In this document: piece by piece, positions 13,585 to 26,083 of the stretch
Layout: every line of letters starts with the position of its first letter
Position numbering within the stretch: position 1 is the stretch's first letter
Notes under the pieces: model-generated
What the model was told of the DNA's origin: nothing
The model's input: the letters and a program-made list of their open reading frames with translations, nothing else
Database searches by the model: none
Source: Octopus vulgaris
Taxonomy: Eukaryota
Direction: 5' to 3'
Length of the DNA: 64,000 bases
Assembly: GCA_951406725.2 (NCBI GenBank)
Contig: OX597842.1
Span: forward strand, 23,312,001-23,376,000
Program-made: the position numbers and the translations under genes

Positions 13585-13812
13585 GCAAATGTTTCATAGA
13601 GGACAGTGTTGTTTATATACGTGTGTATATGGCAGTTGAGAAATGCATTATAAGTACGTATTTTAAGTATTATAAATGTATTATTATTATTATCAGCTGA
13701 TTAAAAGAAATTCATTCGAAGGACGTTTGACCCGGAAGTCAACATCAAGTAGAAACCACGTTCAATGCGCATGCGTCTCAAAATAATACATCAAAGACTA
13801 ATTATCTCCCTT
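13585..13812 (-). promoter_or_regulatory. Non-coding exon 1 and promoter of ZNF gene 3
   Basis: CCGGAAGT (ETS) at 13732, TGCGCATGCG (NRF1) at 13766, donor at 13584; all conserved in the paralog at 18269-18505. Confidence 0.65.
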
Positions 13813-14178
13813 CCACAAACAGTATAATGCTTTTGATTTGTAGGTTCGATCCACAGCTACAATTAATCCATTCCTCGTGGGCCCCGTGTTTTAAAGTGTT
13901 GTTTATAGTTTAATAATCTTTCTTGACGCCAACCTCTTCCCTGCCTTTTATAGCATAGAGTGACATGCTTTCCTGTCGAAATTCCTTCTACGTATAACAG
14001 AAAATCACCAGTCAATGACTTTAGATTTATTCATACACAAAAACAAATATAATAGTTTGCACCAGCTGCATATTTGTTCTGCAGCTCTACACAAACTACC
14101 TCAATGGATATTCCAATTGTCATTCATCTCCCCGTTTTTCTCAAAGTCTTTCATTAGTTCTTCTCCAACTGCTTTTAA

Positions 14179-14643
14179 CCCTTTCATGACCAACCTGCCT
14201 GACGCTGCCTCAGGCTCTGTAATACAAATGTCTTGTTTTCAAAAGATCTGAATTAAAATCTTCCACCAAACCTTAGTCACAATTTATGTTCCTAACACCA
14301 GCTTAATGATAACTAAGTTATTTTACAAAATTCTTTGTTATATTTAAAATTATTGAAAGAAACACAGAGCATCTCAAAAGAAATATGCTAACAAAAGGGT
14401 TAAAATATATAATACAGAAACAATTGTTAACCCATTTGATACCAGCCCTGCTGAATTTGCCTCTGTAGTACAAATGTCTCATTTTCAAAAGATCTGAATT
14501 AAAATCTTCCACCAAATCTTAATTGCAATTTGTTCCTTACTCTAGCTTAATGATGACTACATTATTTTAATAATTCTTTGTTATATTTAAAATTAATTGA
14601 AAGAAACACAGAGTATCTCAACAGAAATATGGTATCAAAAGGC
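14179..14643. mobile_element. Tandem pair of piggyBac-like MITEs
   Basis: TTAA|CCC...GGG|TTAA ends; two ~220-bp units joined by a short spacer; the same dimer occurs at 33209-33683. Confidence 0.8.
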
Positions 14644-15457
14644 TTAAGAATCCCTAAATTTCTAGGCCTTCCATTTTTAGACGGGTTGAAATCTCTCAGA
14701 CCTTCAAGCTCTACGTCTCAAATCACTCACTGCCAACCCATGTTGTTAATTCCATTCTTTACCTGGGAAGAACTGGGCATTCACAAGTATCTTCCTGTTC
14801 TGCTTTCTAGTGAGAATGTAGCCAGTCTGGCTGGTGTGCCACCAGATTTTTAGTTGATCAAGTCTTGTAGGGTTCCCGAAGTTATGAAGTTAGGGTTGAC
14901 AAAAACAGGGTGGGGTTCATAATAAGAATCCCTTCCAAAACGTTTGTTCTCAAGTTTATGAAAATAATCTTAATCTGGACCTTTGAACACTTATCTCTGA
15001 AAAGTTTAATTTGAAGAAACCATTATTCAGAAACTAACAAGGAATCCATCTAGTGTGGGGCACTAAACTATACATATGCCTCATATTCTTCCTTTCTGGT
15101 TTCTCCTGCTTTTATAGCTCTGGAAACTTCCCTGATCAACCATTTTGTCACCCTTCACCTGGCTGGCATATTTAATGAGTGAAGCATTTAAAATACAATA
15201 AACAATAAATATACTGTAATTACAAGATGCAATATTCAAGAAAGAATAATGTGTAGGGGTGTCAGGAGGAGGAGATTTGGTATAAGAGGTCCTTACACCA
15301 TGGAAAGGAAACTGCATGAGTGGTCAAGGATGGAGTGGGAGGTGAATATTGCAAAAACAAAACAAACAACTGAAATTTTGGGAAATATTTTAATCATAAT
15401 TACCATTGCATAAAACAGGAATGTTAAACAAATATAGCAAACAGGAAACTATAGAGA

Positions 15458-16639
15458 CTACCCTTTTCCTTTCACCCCTGTATGAGTATGTTTGTGTTTT
15501 GTTAAGTTATTACTGTGAGAAAATGATTTACCACAGATATCACAGTGATATGGCTTCTCTCCCGTATGAATACGTTTGTGTCGTGTTAGTGAACTACTTA
15601 CAGAGAATGTATTACCACAAATATCACAATGATAGGGTTTCTCTCCCGTATGAACACGATTGTGTGCTGTTAAGGTACTATTTTGAGAAAATAATTTACC
15701 ACAAATATCACAGCGATAGTGCTTCTCTCCCGTATGAACACGATTGTGTGTAGTTAAGTGAATACTTCGAGAGAATGATTTACCACAAATATCACAGTGA
15801 TATGGCTTCTCTCCTGTATGAATTCGTATGTGTCTTAGTAAGGCACTATTGTCAGAGAATGATCTACCACAAATATCACAGTGATATGGCTTCTCTCCCG
15901 TATGAGTACGTTTGTGTACAGTTAAGTAAATACTTCGAGAGAATAATTTACCACAAATATCACAGTGATATGGCTTCTCTCCTGTATGAATATGTTTGTG
16001 TGTTGTTAAGGCACTATTGTCAGAGAATGATTTACCACAGTTATCGCACTGATATGGCTTCTCTCCTGTATGAATACGTTTGTGTGCTGTTAAGATACTA
16101 TTGTCAGAGAATGATTTACCACAGATATCACAATGATATGGTTTCTGTCCAGTGTGAATATATTTGTGTCTAGATAAGTTATTATTTAGAGAGAATGATC
16201 TACCACAGATATCACAGTGATATGGCTTCTCTCCTGTATGAATACGTAGGTGTTTTGTAAGAGAACTATTTGCAGAGAATGATTTACCACAGATACCACA
16301 ATGATATGGTTTCTCCCCTGTATGAATACGTATGTGTCTTGTTAAGACACCACTTTGAGAGAATGATTTACCACAAATATCGCAATGATATGGCTTCTCT
16401 CCTGTATGAATATATTTGTGTGCAGATAAATGACCACTTGTGGAGAATGATTTACCACAGATATCACAATTATATGGCTTCTCTCCTGTATGAATACGTA
16501 GGTGTTTGGTTAAGTCACAATTTTCAGAGAATGATTTACCACAGGTATCACAATGATACAGTTTCTCCCCCGTATGAGTATGTTTGTGCATAATTAGGTT
16601 GCTTTTTCGAGAGAACGACTTTGTACAGATATCAGTCAT
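15458..16639 (-). CDS. C2H2 zinc-finger protein 4 (13 complete fingers), tandem paralog of gene 3
   Basis: Uninterrupted 393-aa ORF. Predicted intron 17036..18268. Flanks align with gene 3. Confidence 0.9.
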   Translation of the reverse strand: MTDICTKSFSRKSNLIMHKHTHTGEKLYHCDTCGKSFSENCDLTKHLRIHTGEKPYNCDICGKSFSTSGHLSAHKYIHTGEKPYHCDICGKSFSQSGVLTRHIRIHTGEKPYHCGICGKSFSANSSLTKHLRIHTGEKPYHCDICGRSFSLNNNLSRHKYIHTGQKPYHCDICGKSFSDNSILTAHKRIHTGEKPYQCDNCGKSFSDNSALTTHKHIHTGEKPYHCDICGKLFSRSIYLTVHKRTHTGEKPYHCDICGRSFSDNSALLRHIRIHTGEKPYHCDICGKSFSRSIHLTTHNRVHTGEKHYRCDICGKLFSQNSTLTAHNRVHTGEKPYHCDICGNTFSVSSSLTRHKRIHTGEKPYHCDICGKSFSHSNNLTKHKHTHTGVKGKG

Positions 16640-17204
16640 ATGATCTCGTCTATTTTCTCATGTGTTCAGGGGAAAATCAATTCAATAATTTTCTCTCTCT
16701 TTCCTATTTCTTTTCCTCTCAAATCCCAGTTGATATATTTTTCTTGCTCTTGTTTTTATACTTTATTCCTTACACTTCTTCTCCTCTATTTCCTTCTACT
16801 GTTGTCTTTGTTTAGCAAAACATCCGTAAATTTATCCAAGTTCCAGTGGCACATATGCTTCAGTTCTTGACACACTAGTCTGTGATGTTTAGAAATTTGA
16901 CTAAAATGTTATTTCAGAGCAAATGTTTCACAAGAATTCTTCCTCAAATTTGCAGAAACAGTTTTCTATAATATTTTCCTTTAGTCTTTTAAAACCTTGT
17001 AGATATTTAGGATTCTTCTTCTGTCATCTGATGTTCTGAAATTATAGAGAAACAACAGCGTAAAATGTAGAGGCTACTTAAAAAATACAGATTCATTTCT
17101 GAGATAAACTGTAGGAACAAACATTTATTTTAACAACAGTTGCATAAAAAAGTGCCAATCTCTGAAATCGATGGAAGACGTGGAAGTGGGACACCCAAGA
17201 CGTC

Positions 17205-17420
17205 ATGTTTGTTTGTTCCTTCTCAACCCATGCCTGGCTCATAAGGGCCGGATTCCCAGTTTCTTGGCGTATAGATTCCCCACCTGAACAGAACGCCGGT
17301 CCATCGCAGGTGAGCTGCAAGATGCAGGAGGAAAGAGTGAGAGAAAATTGTGGTGAAAGAGTCAGCAGAAGTTTTGCCATAACCTTCTGCCAGAGCCGCG
17401 TGGAGCTTTGGTGTTTCACT
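17205..17420 (-). mobile_element. SINE family D; second copy at 34420-34700 (+)
   Basis: The two copies are reverse complements; the 34420 copy has a tRNA-like head with GGTTCGAATC. Confidence 0.7.
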
Positions 17421-17734
17421 TTAGCAATGCATAAATGTAAATATAATTAATATAACATGGAAGCTGTACATGTATTTTATATAAAATGGAAAAGAAAATC
17501 TCTTTTGTGGGAAAACCTAACAGTTATTGACATTTGAAATTAGATTCCTGAATTAGATTTACAATCTCTACATTTGTTTGGCTATGGATATTCATCAAAA
17601 TATGGTATAAATGAATCACTGCTAGGCACATTTGTGACTGTGTGATAAGAAACCTGCTTTCCAACCACATGGTTCCAGGTTCAGTCCCACTGCATGACAC
17701 CTTGGGCATCTTCTACAGTAATCTCAGGCCAACC

Positions 17735-18170
17735 AAATTCATAGACATCTCTCTCTCATAGCTAGAAATAGTAGTCAAATCCCACACAATTCAAGGACAT
17801 CTCTCTCCCATAGGTAGAAATAGCAGTCAAATCCCACACAAATCAAAGATATATCTCTTGCATAGCTAGAAATAGCAACCAAATCCCACACAATTCATAG
17901 TCGTCTCTCTTCCATAGTTAGAAATAGCAGTCAAATCCCACACAAATCAAAGATATATCTCTTCTATAGCTAGAAATAGCAGCCAAATCACACATAATTC
18001 ATAGTCATCTCTCTTCCACAGTTAGAAACAGTAGTCAAATCCCGCACAAATCAAAAACATTTTTCTTTCACAGCTAGAAATATCAACAAAATATCGTACA
18101 AATCATAGAATCTCTTTTTCGTAGCTAGAAACAGCAGCAAAAACCCGCTCAAATCAAGGACATCTCTCAT
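17735..18170 (+). repeat. 52-bp intronic tandem repeat (~8 copies)
   Basis: Same unit as 13302, period 52 (17757, 17809, 17861...). Confidence 0.9.
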
Positions 18171-18268
18171 TCATAAAACACAGAAAAGACACGAAGAATT
18201 GAGGCGCCAAAAACCCGAAAGTCTCAGAATTGAAAAAACATTGAATCTTTTCATTGTTTAATACTTAC

Positions 18269-18505
18269 GCAAATGTTTCATAAAGGACTGTGTTGTTTAT
18301 ATATGTGTGTATATGGCAGTTGAGAAATGCATTATAAGTACGTATTTTAAGTATTATAAACGTATTATTATTATTATCAGCTGACTAAAAGCAATTCATT
18401 CAACGGTACATTTGACCCGGAAGTCAACGTCATGAAGAAACCACGTTCAATGCGCATGCGTCTCTCGTCTCCTGAAATAAGACATCAAAGACTAATTATC
18501 TCCCT
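18269..18505 (-). promoter_or_regulatory. Non-coding exon 1 and promoter of ZNF gene 4
   Basis: CCGGAAGT, TGCGCATGCG and GACTAATTATCTCCC conserved with gene 3; GTAAGT donor at 18268. Confidence 0.65.
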
Positions 18506-18700
18506 TTACCTATCCTTATATTCTTCTCTATTTTAGGCACAAGCCCCGTTCTTTTCGGTTTGACCGGCAGTTTTTTGTAGCGGTGTCATATGAAATTGTC
18601 ACCCATAATTATGACCCTAGTATCGATCTATTGCATTTCAATCTGTTTTAGGGTTAGGGTTGGGGGAAGGGTATCTTTTTTATCTTCACAAATGTAAATA

Positions 18701-19085
18701 GGCGTAGGAGTGGCTGTGTGGTAAATAGCCTGCTTACCAACCACATGGTTCCGGGTTCAGTCCCACTACGTGGCATCTTGGGCAAGTGTCTTCTACTATA
18801 GCCTCGGGCCGACCAAAGCTTTGTGAGTCGATTTGGTAGACGGAAACTGAAAGAAGCCAATCGTATATATGTATATATATATGTGTGTGTGTGTGCATGT
18901 ATGTTTGTTTGTGTTTGTCTCCCCAACATCGCTTGACAATAGATGCTGGTGAGTTTACGTCCCGTAACTTAACGGTTCGGCATAAGAGCCCGATAAAATA
19001 AGTACTAGGCTTACAAAGAATAAATTTGTGTACTGGGGTCGATCTAATTGACTGGCCCCCTCTCGAAAATTTCCGGGCTTTGCGT
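18701..19085 (+). mobile_element. tRNA-derived SINE family A; other copies 19190-19345, 21985-22378, 35091-35452, 36714-37033, 42325-42717(-), 54842-55232, 57362-57709, 63062-63445(-)
   Basis: Head GGCGTAGGAGTGGCTGTGTGGTAAG (A box), GGTTCAGTCCC (B-box-like), CTTGGGCAAGT core; the family tail AAATGACTGAAACAAGTAAAAGAG is present in most copies. Confidence 0.85.
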
Positions 19086-19378
19086 CTAGAATTTAAAAGA
19101 ATGTGTGTGTGTGTCTAAAAAAATAATGTAATTTGAATGGCATAACAGTGCACTATAATAACAACTATGGATTATTACAACTGTTATTAGGCGCAGGAGT
19201 GGCTGTGTGGTTCTGGGTTCAGTCCCACTGCATGGCATCTTGGGCAAATGTCTTCCACTATAGCCTCGGGCTGACCAAAGCCTTGTGAGTGGATTTGGTA
19301 GATGGAAACTGAAAGAAGCCTGTCGTATATATATACATATATATTCAGGAGTGGCTGTGTGGTAATTAGCTTGCTAAC

Positions 19379-20850
19379 GCGCATGCGTCGAGTTGTTTAC
19401 TGTGTCAAGTTTTGACTAGGCGGACAGAATCCTTTGAGCTGCTCGCCAGCGGTTTGTTGGCGAGTGGAAAATAATGTATTCGGACCTTAGCGAGTACGAG
19501 CTGTCCACATCTGAGGAGGAGCTCGTTAAGGCGGTGAACAGGATGGACCAACATTTGGAGAAAATGAAGAGTTTTGCTGACGCGGCGGGAGTGAAGAGAA
19601 AGGAAGTGGACCTGACTGAACTGAAGGAGCTGTATAAGATGACACAGAAGGTGGGAAGTGACGTAAAGTTACTACCCCCGAAATCGGTCATGGTGAATAT
19701 GGAAAGGAAAACCATCACCTACAAGGTGCACTCAGTGGAGAGTAGGAGAGTGGAGCAGATGAATATGGAAAAAATAGAAAAAGCTCTCAATGGGCTTTCG
19801 AACGAAGTAGCATACATAGCAAATGGAAGCGGATATGGAACGGTGGTTGTCCAGTTTAAAACAGAGGAGGAGGCTGGCAAGTGCAACCGTAAAAGCTGAG
19901 GAACTGGTGCTTCTACCCTCTTATCTTGGAAGAAAAAATTCTAAGGTGAGGGTAGAAGGAATTCCACCTGACATAAAGGTGGCTTGGGTTGCGGCAGCCG
20001 TCCTCGTTGGAAGTGAGGAGGTGACTGTCCTCCAAGCCACAGAGACAGAGGAAAGAAGTTACAAAGGAAAATTACTGGAAATGACTATACAAGCGGAGGC
20101 GAAGGAGCTGGAAAATTTGGCGGAAACGGTGTCAGTGGGAGAAATGGTACTGAGAGTATGGGTAGAAGGCAGAACCCCGCGGTGCTTTAAATGTGGCCAA
20201 AAAGGCCACATTAGAGCACACTGCCCCCTACAGAAGAAAAAGAGGAAAAAATAGATGAACCAGTTGCGGAGACAAAGAAGAAAAAAGAGGACGAAGACAA
20301 AGACGGACGGAAGGAGGAAGAATGGATAGTAGCAGAGAGCAGAAGTAAGAAGAGGAAGAAAAGAAAGAACACTGAGTGTGAAATTGTACCCTAGTCCAAC
20401 TCCATCCCACCCAAGACCACTCAGACCCACCCACCCCATACAGACACCAGACCCACCCACTCCCTTTCCCCACAAGAAAAAAAGAAAAAGAAAAAAGAGC
20501 AGACACCACAGAATTCAGAAAACCCCTCCCCCGGTGAAAAAGGTTGCGAAAGAAAGTTGTCTTTAAGTGATAGCGAGAATGGAAAAAGAAGGACTAGACC
20601 AGAGATTAGAGAAGAATTCAGACTCAAAGGCAGCGAGTGGTGTTGCTCAAAGTGGGGTGAGTAGCACACTCGTCATATTTCATACTTCATTTTCAGATAT
20701 CATGCATGTTATCATAAACTTAATTTATTTTCTCACGTTCATTTTCATGTCACTCACAGTACCATTTTATTTTTAATTGTTATATGTCTCCACATGTTTT
20801 TGTAGTGTCCCCTCTATGTAATGCCTTTATGGCAAAATAGTTGAAATAAA
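19379..20850 (+). mobile_element. ORF1-only non-LTR retroelement (L1/Tx1-like ORF1 with CCHC knuckle, frameshifted)
   Basis: ORFs 19474-19899 and 19823-20254 with CFKCGQKGHIRAHC. No EN/RT follows. Ends in AATAAA; TSD-like TAGCTTGCTAAC/TAGCTTGTTTAC inside a SINE A head. Confidence 0.75.
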
Positions 20851-21199
20851 GTAGCTTGTTTACCAACCACATGGTTCCAGGTCCAGTCCCACTGCGTGGC
20901 ACCTTGGGCAAGTCTCTTCTACTATAGCCTCAGGCCGACCAAAGCCTTGTGAGTGGATTTGGTAGACGGAAACTGAAAGAAGCCTGTCGTATATATGTAT
21001 ATATATATGTGTGTTTGTGTGTCTGTGTTTGTCCCCCTAGCATTGCTTGACAACCGATGCTGGTGTGTTTATGTCCCCGTTACTTAGCAGTTCGGCAAAA
21101 GAGACCGAAAGAATAAGTACTGGGCTTACAATCGAGTTGCTCGATTAAAGGCGGTGCTCCAGCATGGCCGCAGTCAAATGACTGAAACAAGTAAAAGAG

Positions 21200-21253
<54 letters not shown>

Positions 21254-21289
21254 AACTCGATTTATACATTTCTTGTACTTTTTTTTGAC

Positions 21290-21900
21290 CACAGTTCTGT
21301 AGGGAGCAGAAGCATGGACTCCCTTTCAGAGAGAAATAAAAAAACTTGAAACTTTTTTCACATGTGGTGTTTGCGCAATGTATGCAACAAAATGGTAAGT
21401 TAAGGCATCAAATGTAAATGTCCTAGGAAAATGTGATATGTCCAGCATCCAAAGCACGTTGATGAAAATTCAGTGCAGATGGGTAGGACATGTTTTACAA
21501 GTGAAAAATGATCGCATTCCAAAAATTCTTCTGTAAGGCCAACTAGTAGCAGGATATCATGGCAGAGGAAGACCTGTCTTTAGGTGTAAGGATAAGCTGA
21601 AGCAATAAATAAAATCTATGCAGCTTGATTTGACATGTTGGGAAAGCCATTGCCTAAATCCATCTGTATGGTGTAAAATGTGTCAGGTTGCCATGTGAAG
21701 AATTTGAGTTGATGGAAATGAACAATAGCGGACTTATATCCTGCAACAGATAGACACATTTGCACAATCAAAGTCATCGGTGTCCCCATTGTGACTTCAT
21801 TGCAAAATCCATTTCTGGACTCAAATTCCCTTCCACACATCCATTGCAAATAGATGCAGATTCTTTGTTGCTTTCTTTCTTTCTTTTACTCTCTTTAACT
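21290..21900 (+). mobile_element. Old RTE LINE relic co-duplicated with ZNF 3' flanks (also 25790-25910, 33860-34420, 56230-56480)
   Basis: SIQSTLMKIQCRWVGHV...DRIPKILL motif with stops. Confidence 0.7.
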
Positions 21901-22572
21901 CCAAGTCTTCTCCTTCAAACATGCATACATTGAAACCGACGGGGGCAACCGTCATCATCATCATCCTCAGCAATTTATATATAAGCGTAGGAGTGGCTGT
22001 GTGGTAAGTAGTTTGCTTACGAATCACATGGTGCCGGGTTCAGTCCCACTGCGTGGCACCTTGGGCAAATGTCTTCTACTATAGCCTCGGGCCGACCAAA
22101 GCCTTTTGAGTGGATTTTGTTGGCGGAAACTGAAAGAAGCCTGTCGTATATATGTATATATATGTGTGTAAATGTTTGTGTGTCTATGTTTGTCCCCGCA
22201 ACATCGTTTGACAACCGATGCTGGTGTGTTTACGTCCCCGTAACTTAGCGGTTCGGCAAAAGAGACTGATAGAATAAGTACTAGGCTTACAAAGAATAAG
22301 TCCTGGGGTCGATTTCCTCGACTAAAGGCGGTGCTCCAGCATGGCCACAGTCAAATGACTGAAACAAGTAAAAGAGTATATATATATATATATATATACA
22401 TACAAATTGAGATAGGGGTTGTAAAAGCAACCCTCCATGGGATAACATATATCCAACACACTGCTAGTGAAATACCCAACAAAGTTAATACATAAATGTT
22501 AAGGATTGCGATGCAATCAATTCATTTACTGTATTATATGGGCAAAGGTAAAATGATTTACCACAATTACTA

Positions 22573-22725
22573 ATACAAGATAAGAAAATGGAGAAAAACA
22601 TCTAAATCAAATATCAATTATCAGATAATACTCAATCACATACTTTGTTAATAAAGTATGTGACTGAGTATTATCTGATAATTGATATTTGATTTAGATG
22701 TATTTCTCCATTTTCTTATCTTGTA
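22573..22725. repeat. Near-perfect AT-rich hairpin
   Basis: ~75-bp inverted arms centred near 22648, in a segment bounded by (TA)n tracts. Confidence 0.85.
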
Positions 22726-22749
22726 TATATATATATATATATATATATA

Positions 22750-23474
22750 TGCTGATGGAGCACGACAACAAAAGCTCTGCAGTTGGTCTCAAGATGAACC
22801 ACATGAAAACGAAGTTCATGCGGTCAGACAATGTACCAACAGGTCGAATGGTGATCGGCAGTGATGAAATAGAGGAGGTAAAGGAATATGTCTACCTGGG
22901 ACAGGAAGTGAATATGTGCCGAGGTATCGAAAAGGAGATCTCACGGTGAGTAAGGGCCGGATGGAAGGCGTTTAATGGCATAAGGGATGTGCTGAAGGGA
23001 CGGTTGGACAGGACCACCCGCGCTTACCTCATCAACATTACAGTTCTACCTGCAATGTTATATGGTAGTGAAAGATGGGCTACCACAAAGAGAGAAGAGC
23101 AGAGACTGGTAATGGTTCAAAGAACCATGGAAAGGTCAATGCTTGGAATCTCGTTGAGAAAGCACATAAGTAGCAAGATCATCAGAAAGAAGTCCGGCGT
23201 GAGAGATGTCATCGCAGAGTATACTTGCAGCAAGTATAGATGGGCTGGACACATCGCCCAGCTCACCGATAATCGGTGGACGCACGCAGTTGTTGATTGG
23301 TACCCGCACGAGCGGAAAAGACCAACCGGAAGACCTCCACGTCGGTGGAGTTACGACTTAAGGAGGACGATTGGGATCACGTGGATGAGAAAGGCGCGAT
23401 CCAGAGAGGAGTGGACAGCGTGCTGTGACCAGCGGTGTCAAATGGACACCCAACAGACTGGTCGGTCAAGGTGA
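22750..23474 (+). mobile_element. RTE-clade LINE 3' fragment
   Basis: YVYLGQ, LPAMLYGSE.W, RWAGH...RW...W.P...KR..GRP..RW motifs; flanked by (TA)n. Confidence 0.85.
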
Positions 23475-23989
23475 TATATATATACACGTACATATATATG
23501 TATACACACGTATATATATATATATACGTGTGTATACATATATATATATGTATATACACAAACATAGATATATAAATGATGACACAGACGGGCTGAGGTC
23601 GGTTTTCGTTGTTTCAGGTTTTTTTATTTTCGAACAAATCAATTACATTTGGTAAAGATTTCCAGGTAAATTATGAGTGAAATTTAGCATTTAGGATTTT
23701 TTACACAAACAGTATAGGACTTGTATTGACTCTACCAGTTGAGACTGTGTTATTAGTTATACTACACTACACCCAGGTCCTTCCCTGTGTTGGCTCTTGA
23801 ACCTACGGTCAGCCATGGACAGCATTATGACTTTATATACATGTCATATTTTATTTATTCTTGTGAATATATGCATAAATGGAAGTGTGTAAGTATACAT
23901 GAATGTATGTGTTTATGTATATATTTGTCTTTATTTATATGCATAATCAATGCTGGTGAGATTACGTCCCTGTTTGGTAAAAGCGTCCG

Positions 23990-24182
23990 ATACATACATA
24001 CACAGATATATACATACATACATACACACATATATACATATATATATACACATACATACATACATACGTACATACATACACATACATACATACACACATA
24101 CATACGCACATACAAACATACATACATTCACACACATACATACATACAAACACACATACATACATACACTCATACACACACG
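23990..24182 (+). repeat. (TACA)n/(CA)n microsatellite
   Basis: Direct inspection. Confidence 0.9.
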
Positions 24183-24269
24183 TACCAATAAGTCCTGGGG
24201 TCTATTTGCTCGACTAAATGCGGTGCTCCAGCATGGCCCGAGTCAAATGACTGAAACAAGTAAAAGAGT

Positions 24270-24690
24270 ATGTTTGCAACTATTCCATGACATCAGGACA
24301 GTATTCAAGAGTAACACAACACTTCGCAAATATCTCCTTCAAGTAAAACCACCAACAGAAGAGAATATGACCAAAAACTGCGTGTACTCCATCCCATGCA
24401 GCTGTGGTAGGTTATACAAAGGTGAAACATGCCACCCCCATAAATAAGGGTTGAGGAGCATCACAAAGCTGTGACACAGGGAGATATTGATAAATCGGGT
24501 ATAGCTGATTATGTATGGAAAAATAGAGACCACCTCTCACTGTGGGATGAAGTTAAAATAGTAGACAGAGAACACCACTGGAAAATACGAAAACTAAAAG
24601 AAGCAGCACATATTCTAGGACACAACAACCTCCTAAGCAGACCGAGTGCAGATATGAGTAGAATATGGGAACTGGTATTAAGGAAGGATC
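24270..24690 (+). mobile_element. Penelope-like element GIY-YIG endonuclease fragment
   Basis: NCVYSIPCSCGRLYKGET...R..EH...SGIADY.W...H...WDEVKIVDRE..W..RKLKEA. Confidence 0.85.
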
Positions 24691-24691
24691 A

Positions 24692-24925
24692 AGGTGGTGA
24701 GCTGGCAGAGACGTTAGCATGCCAGGCGAAATGCTTGGCAGTATTTCGTCTGCCGTTACGCTCTGAGTTCAAATTCCGCCAAGGTCGACTTTGCCTTTCA
24801 TCCTTTTGGGGTCGATAAATAAAGTACCAGTTATGCACTGGGGTTGATATAATCGACTTAATCCGTTTGTCTGTCCTTGTTTGTCCTCTCTGTGTTTAGC
24901 CCCCTGTGGGTAGGAAAGAAATAGG
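24692..24925 (+). mobile_element. SINE family B; other copies 30290-30647(-), 55535-55750, 56070-56230
   Basis: Head GGTGGTGAGCTGGCAGAGACGTTAGCA and B-box-like GAGTTCAAATTCC; inserted into the PLE fragment. Confidence 0.8.
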
Positions 24926-25174
24926 TATTAAGGAAGGATAGAAGAATATTAGATTTATATGAGTGAATTTTAGGTTTTATAAATCTAATATTCTCCTAAG
25001 CACATAACAAGTGATGAGCGATAAGATACAATCACTTGAGTAAGGAATGACCATGCTTCTATTTCTCTTTTAATAATGCCTGTTCTTGTTCCAACCATGG
25101 CTGCCTCTGTGTAGTTATTTGTGTTGTAGTTTATTTTGTAAAGCAGAGGGTTGCTAGCACATCACCCTCTACCC

Positions 25175-25602
25175 ATCTCGAAAGAGTCCAGAAGCTGGCT
25201 ACCCACATGGTTCTTGGTCTCAAGCATTTGTCTTATGAAGAAAGGCTGAAGACACTCGACCTTTATTCTCTAGAAAAACGCCGCCGCCGTGGTGATCTCT
25301 TTCTCGCTCACAACATCATAAGCGGAAAGTGTAAACTCTCGAAAGAGCTGTTCTTCACTCCTGTTCCAGAGCGTCGGCTGCGGGGTCACTCCAAAAAGCT
25401 CTATCTGCAACGATTTCATCTCAATCGAAGGAGAGGGGCTTTCTCCGTCCGGGTTACGGATCAGTGGAATAAACTGCCAACGACTGCTAGTTTCAAAGTC
25501 TCCGTTGACCACAAATGGCAGGATCACCCTCCCTGTACATAACTCCATGTCCCTCTACATGGCCTTGCTTTTCGCTTTTTGAGCCAAAAAATTAACTTAA
25601 CT
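25175..25602 (+). mobile_element. CR1-group LINE 3' fragment
   Basis: LERVQKLAT.MV.GLKHLSYEERLKTLDLYSLEKRRRRGDL...FS.RV...WN.LP; (TTAAC)n tail. Confidence 0.85.
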
Positions 25603-26083
25603 TCCCTGATAACAGGTATAGATGCAAATCTAATTACTTGTCGCCTTTTAAAATGTGGCATAACTTGGTGATCAGTCGACTTACAACACCTTTCTTCATC
25701 TTGAGTTTATTTGGTAGAGTATGTTCGTTAACTTGACAACAAGGTCATGGTGAGATCTTATTGGCTGTAAGCAAATGAGTCCATATTACTAAGATTTTAC
25801 ATTGAATGTCTTATCTTGCCATTTTGTTGCATACATTGAGCAAACACTACATGTGAAAAAATTCCAATTTTTGTTATTTCTCTGTAGAAGGGAGTCCATG
25901 CTTCTGCTTCATATAAAAAAATACTCAAAATACAAGATTTCTATTATGTTAGTTGTCAGACTGATATCATGTTCACACAAGTACATATATCAAATTAAAT
26001 ACACAACTGAAAGCGCTACTACTTGTTTGATACTGTTATGATTCTTGAACAGGAATATTTATAAGATGCGCCATGTATCTTAA

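Noticed and set aside
10693-16593. ORFs reading [18 protein letters not shown] or VISVVNHSL (also 293, 32060, 50185, 60212)
   Set aside because: Antisense or off-frame shadows of the 84-bp zinc-finger repeat.
18701-18775. tRNA genes
   Set aside because: A/B-box heads continue into SINE bodies and I could not form a full cloverleaf.
23787-24191. HTY/VCM-rich ORFs and the many ORFs inside SINEs
   Set aside because: Microsatellite or repeat translations.
25600-25640. Further hammerheads after the PLE fragment (CTGATAA) and at ~54445 (CGAAA)
   Set aside because: Only one core box, or a mutated one, is present; no complete fold.
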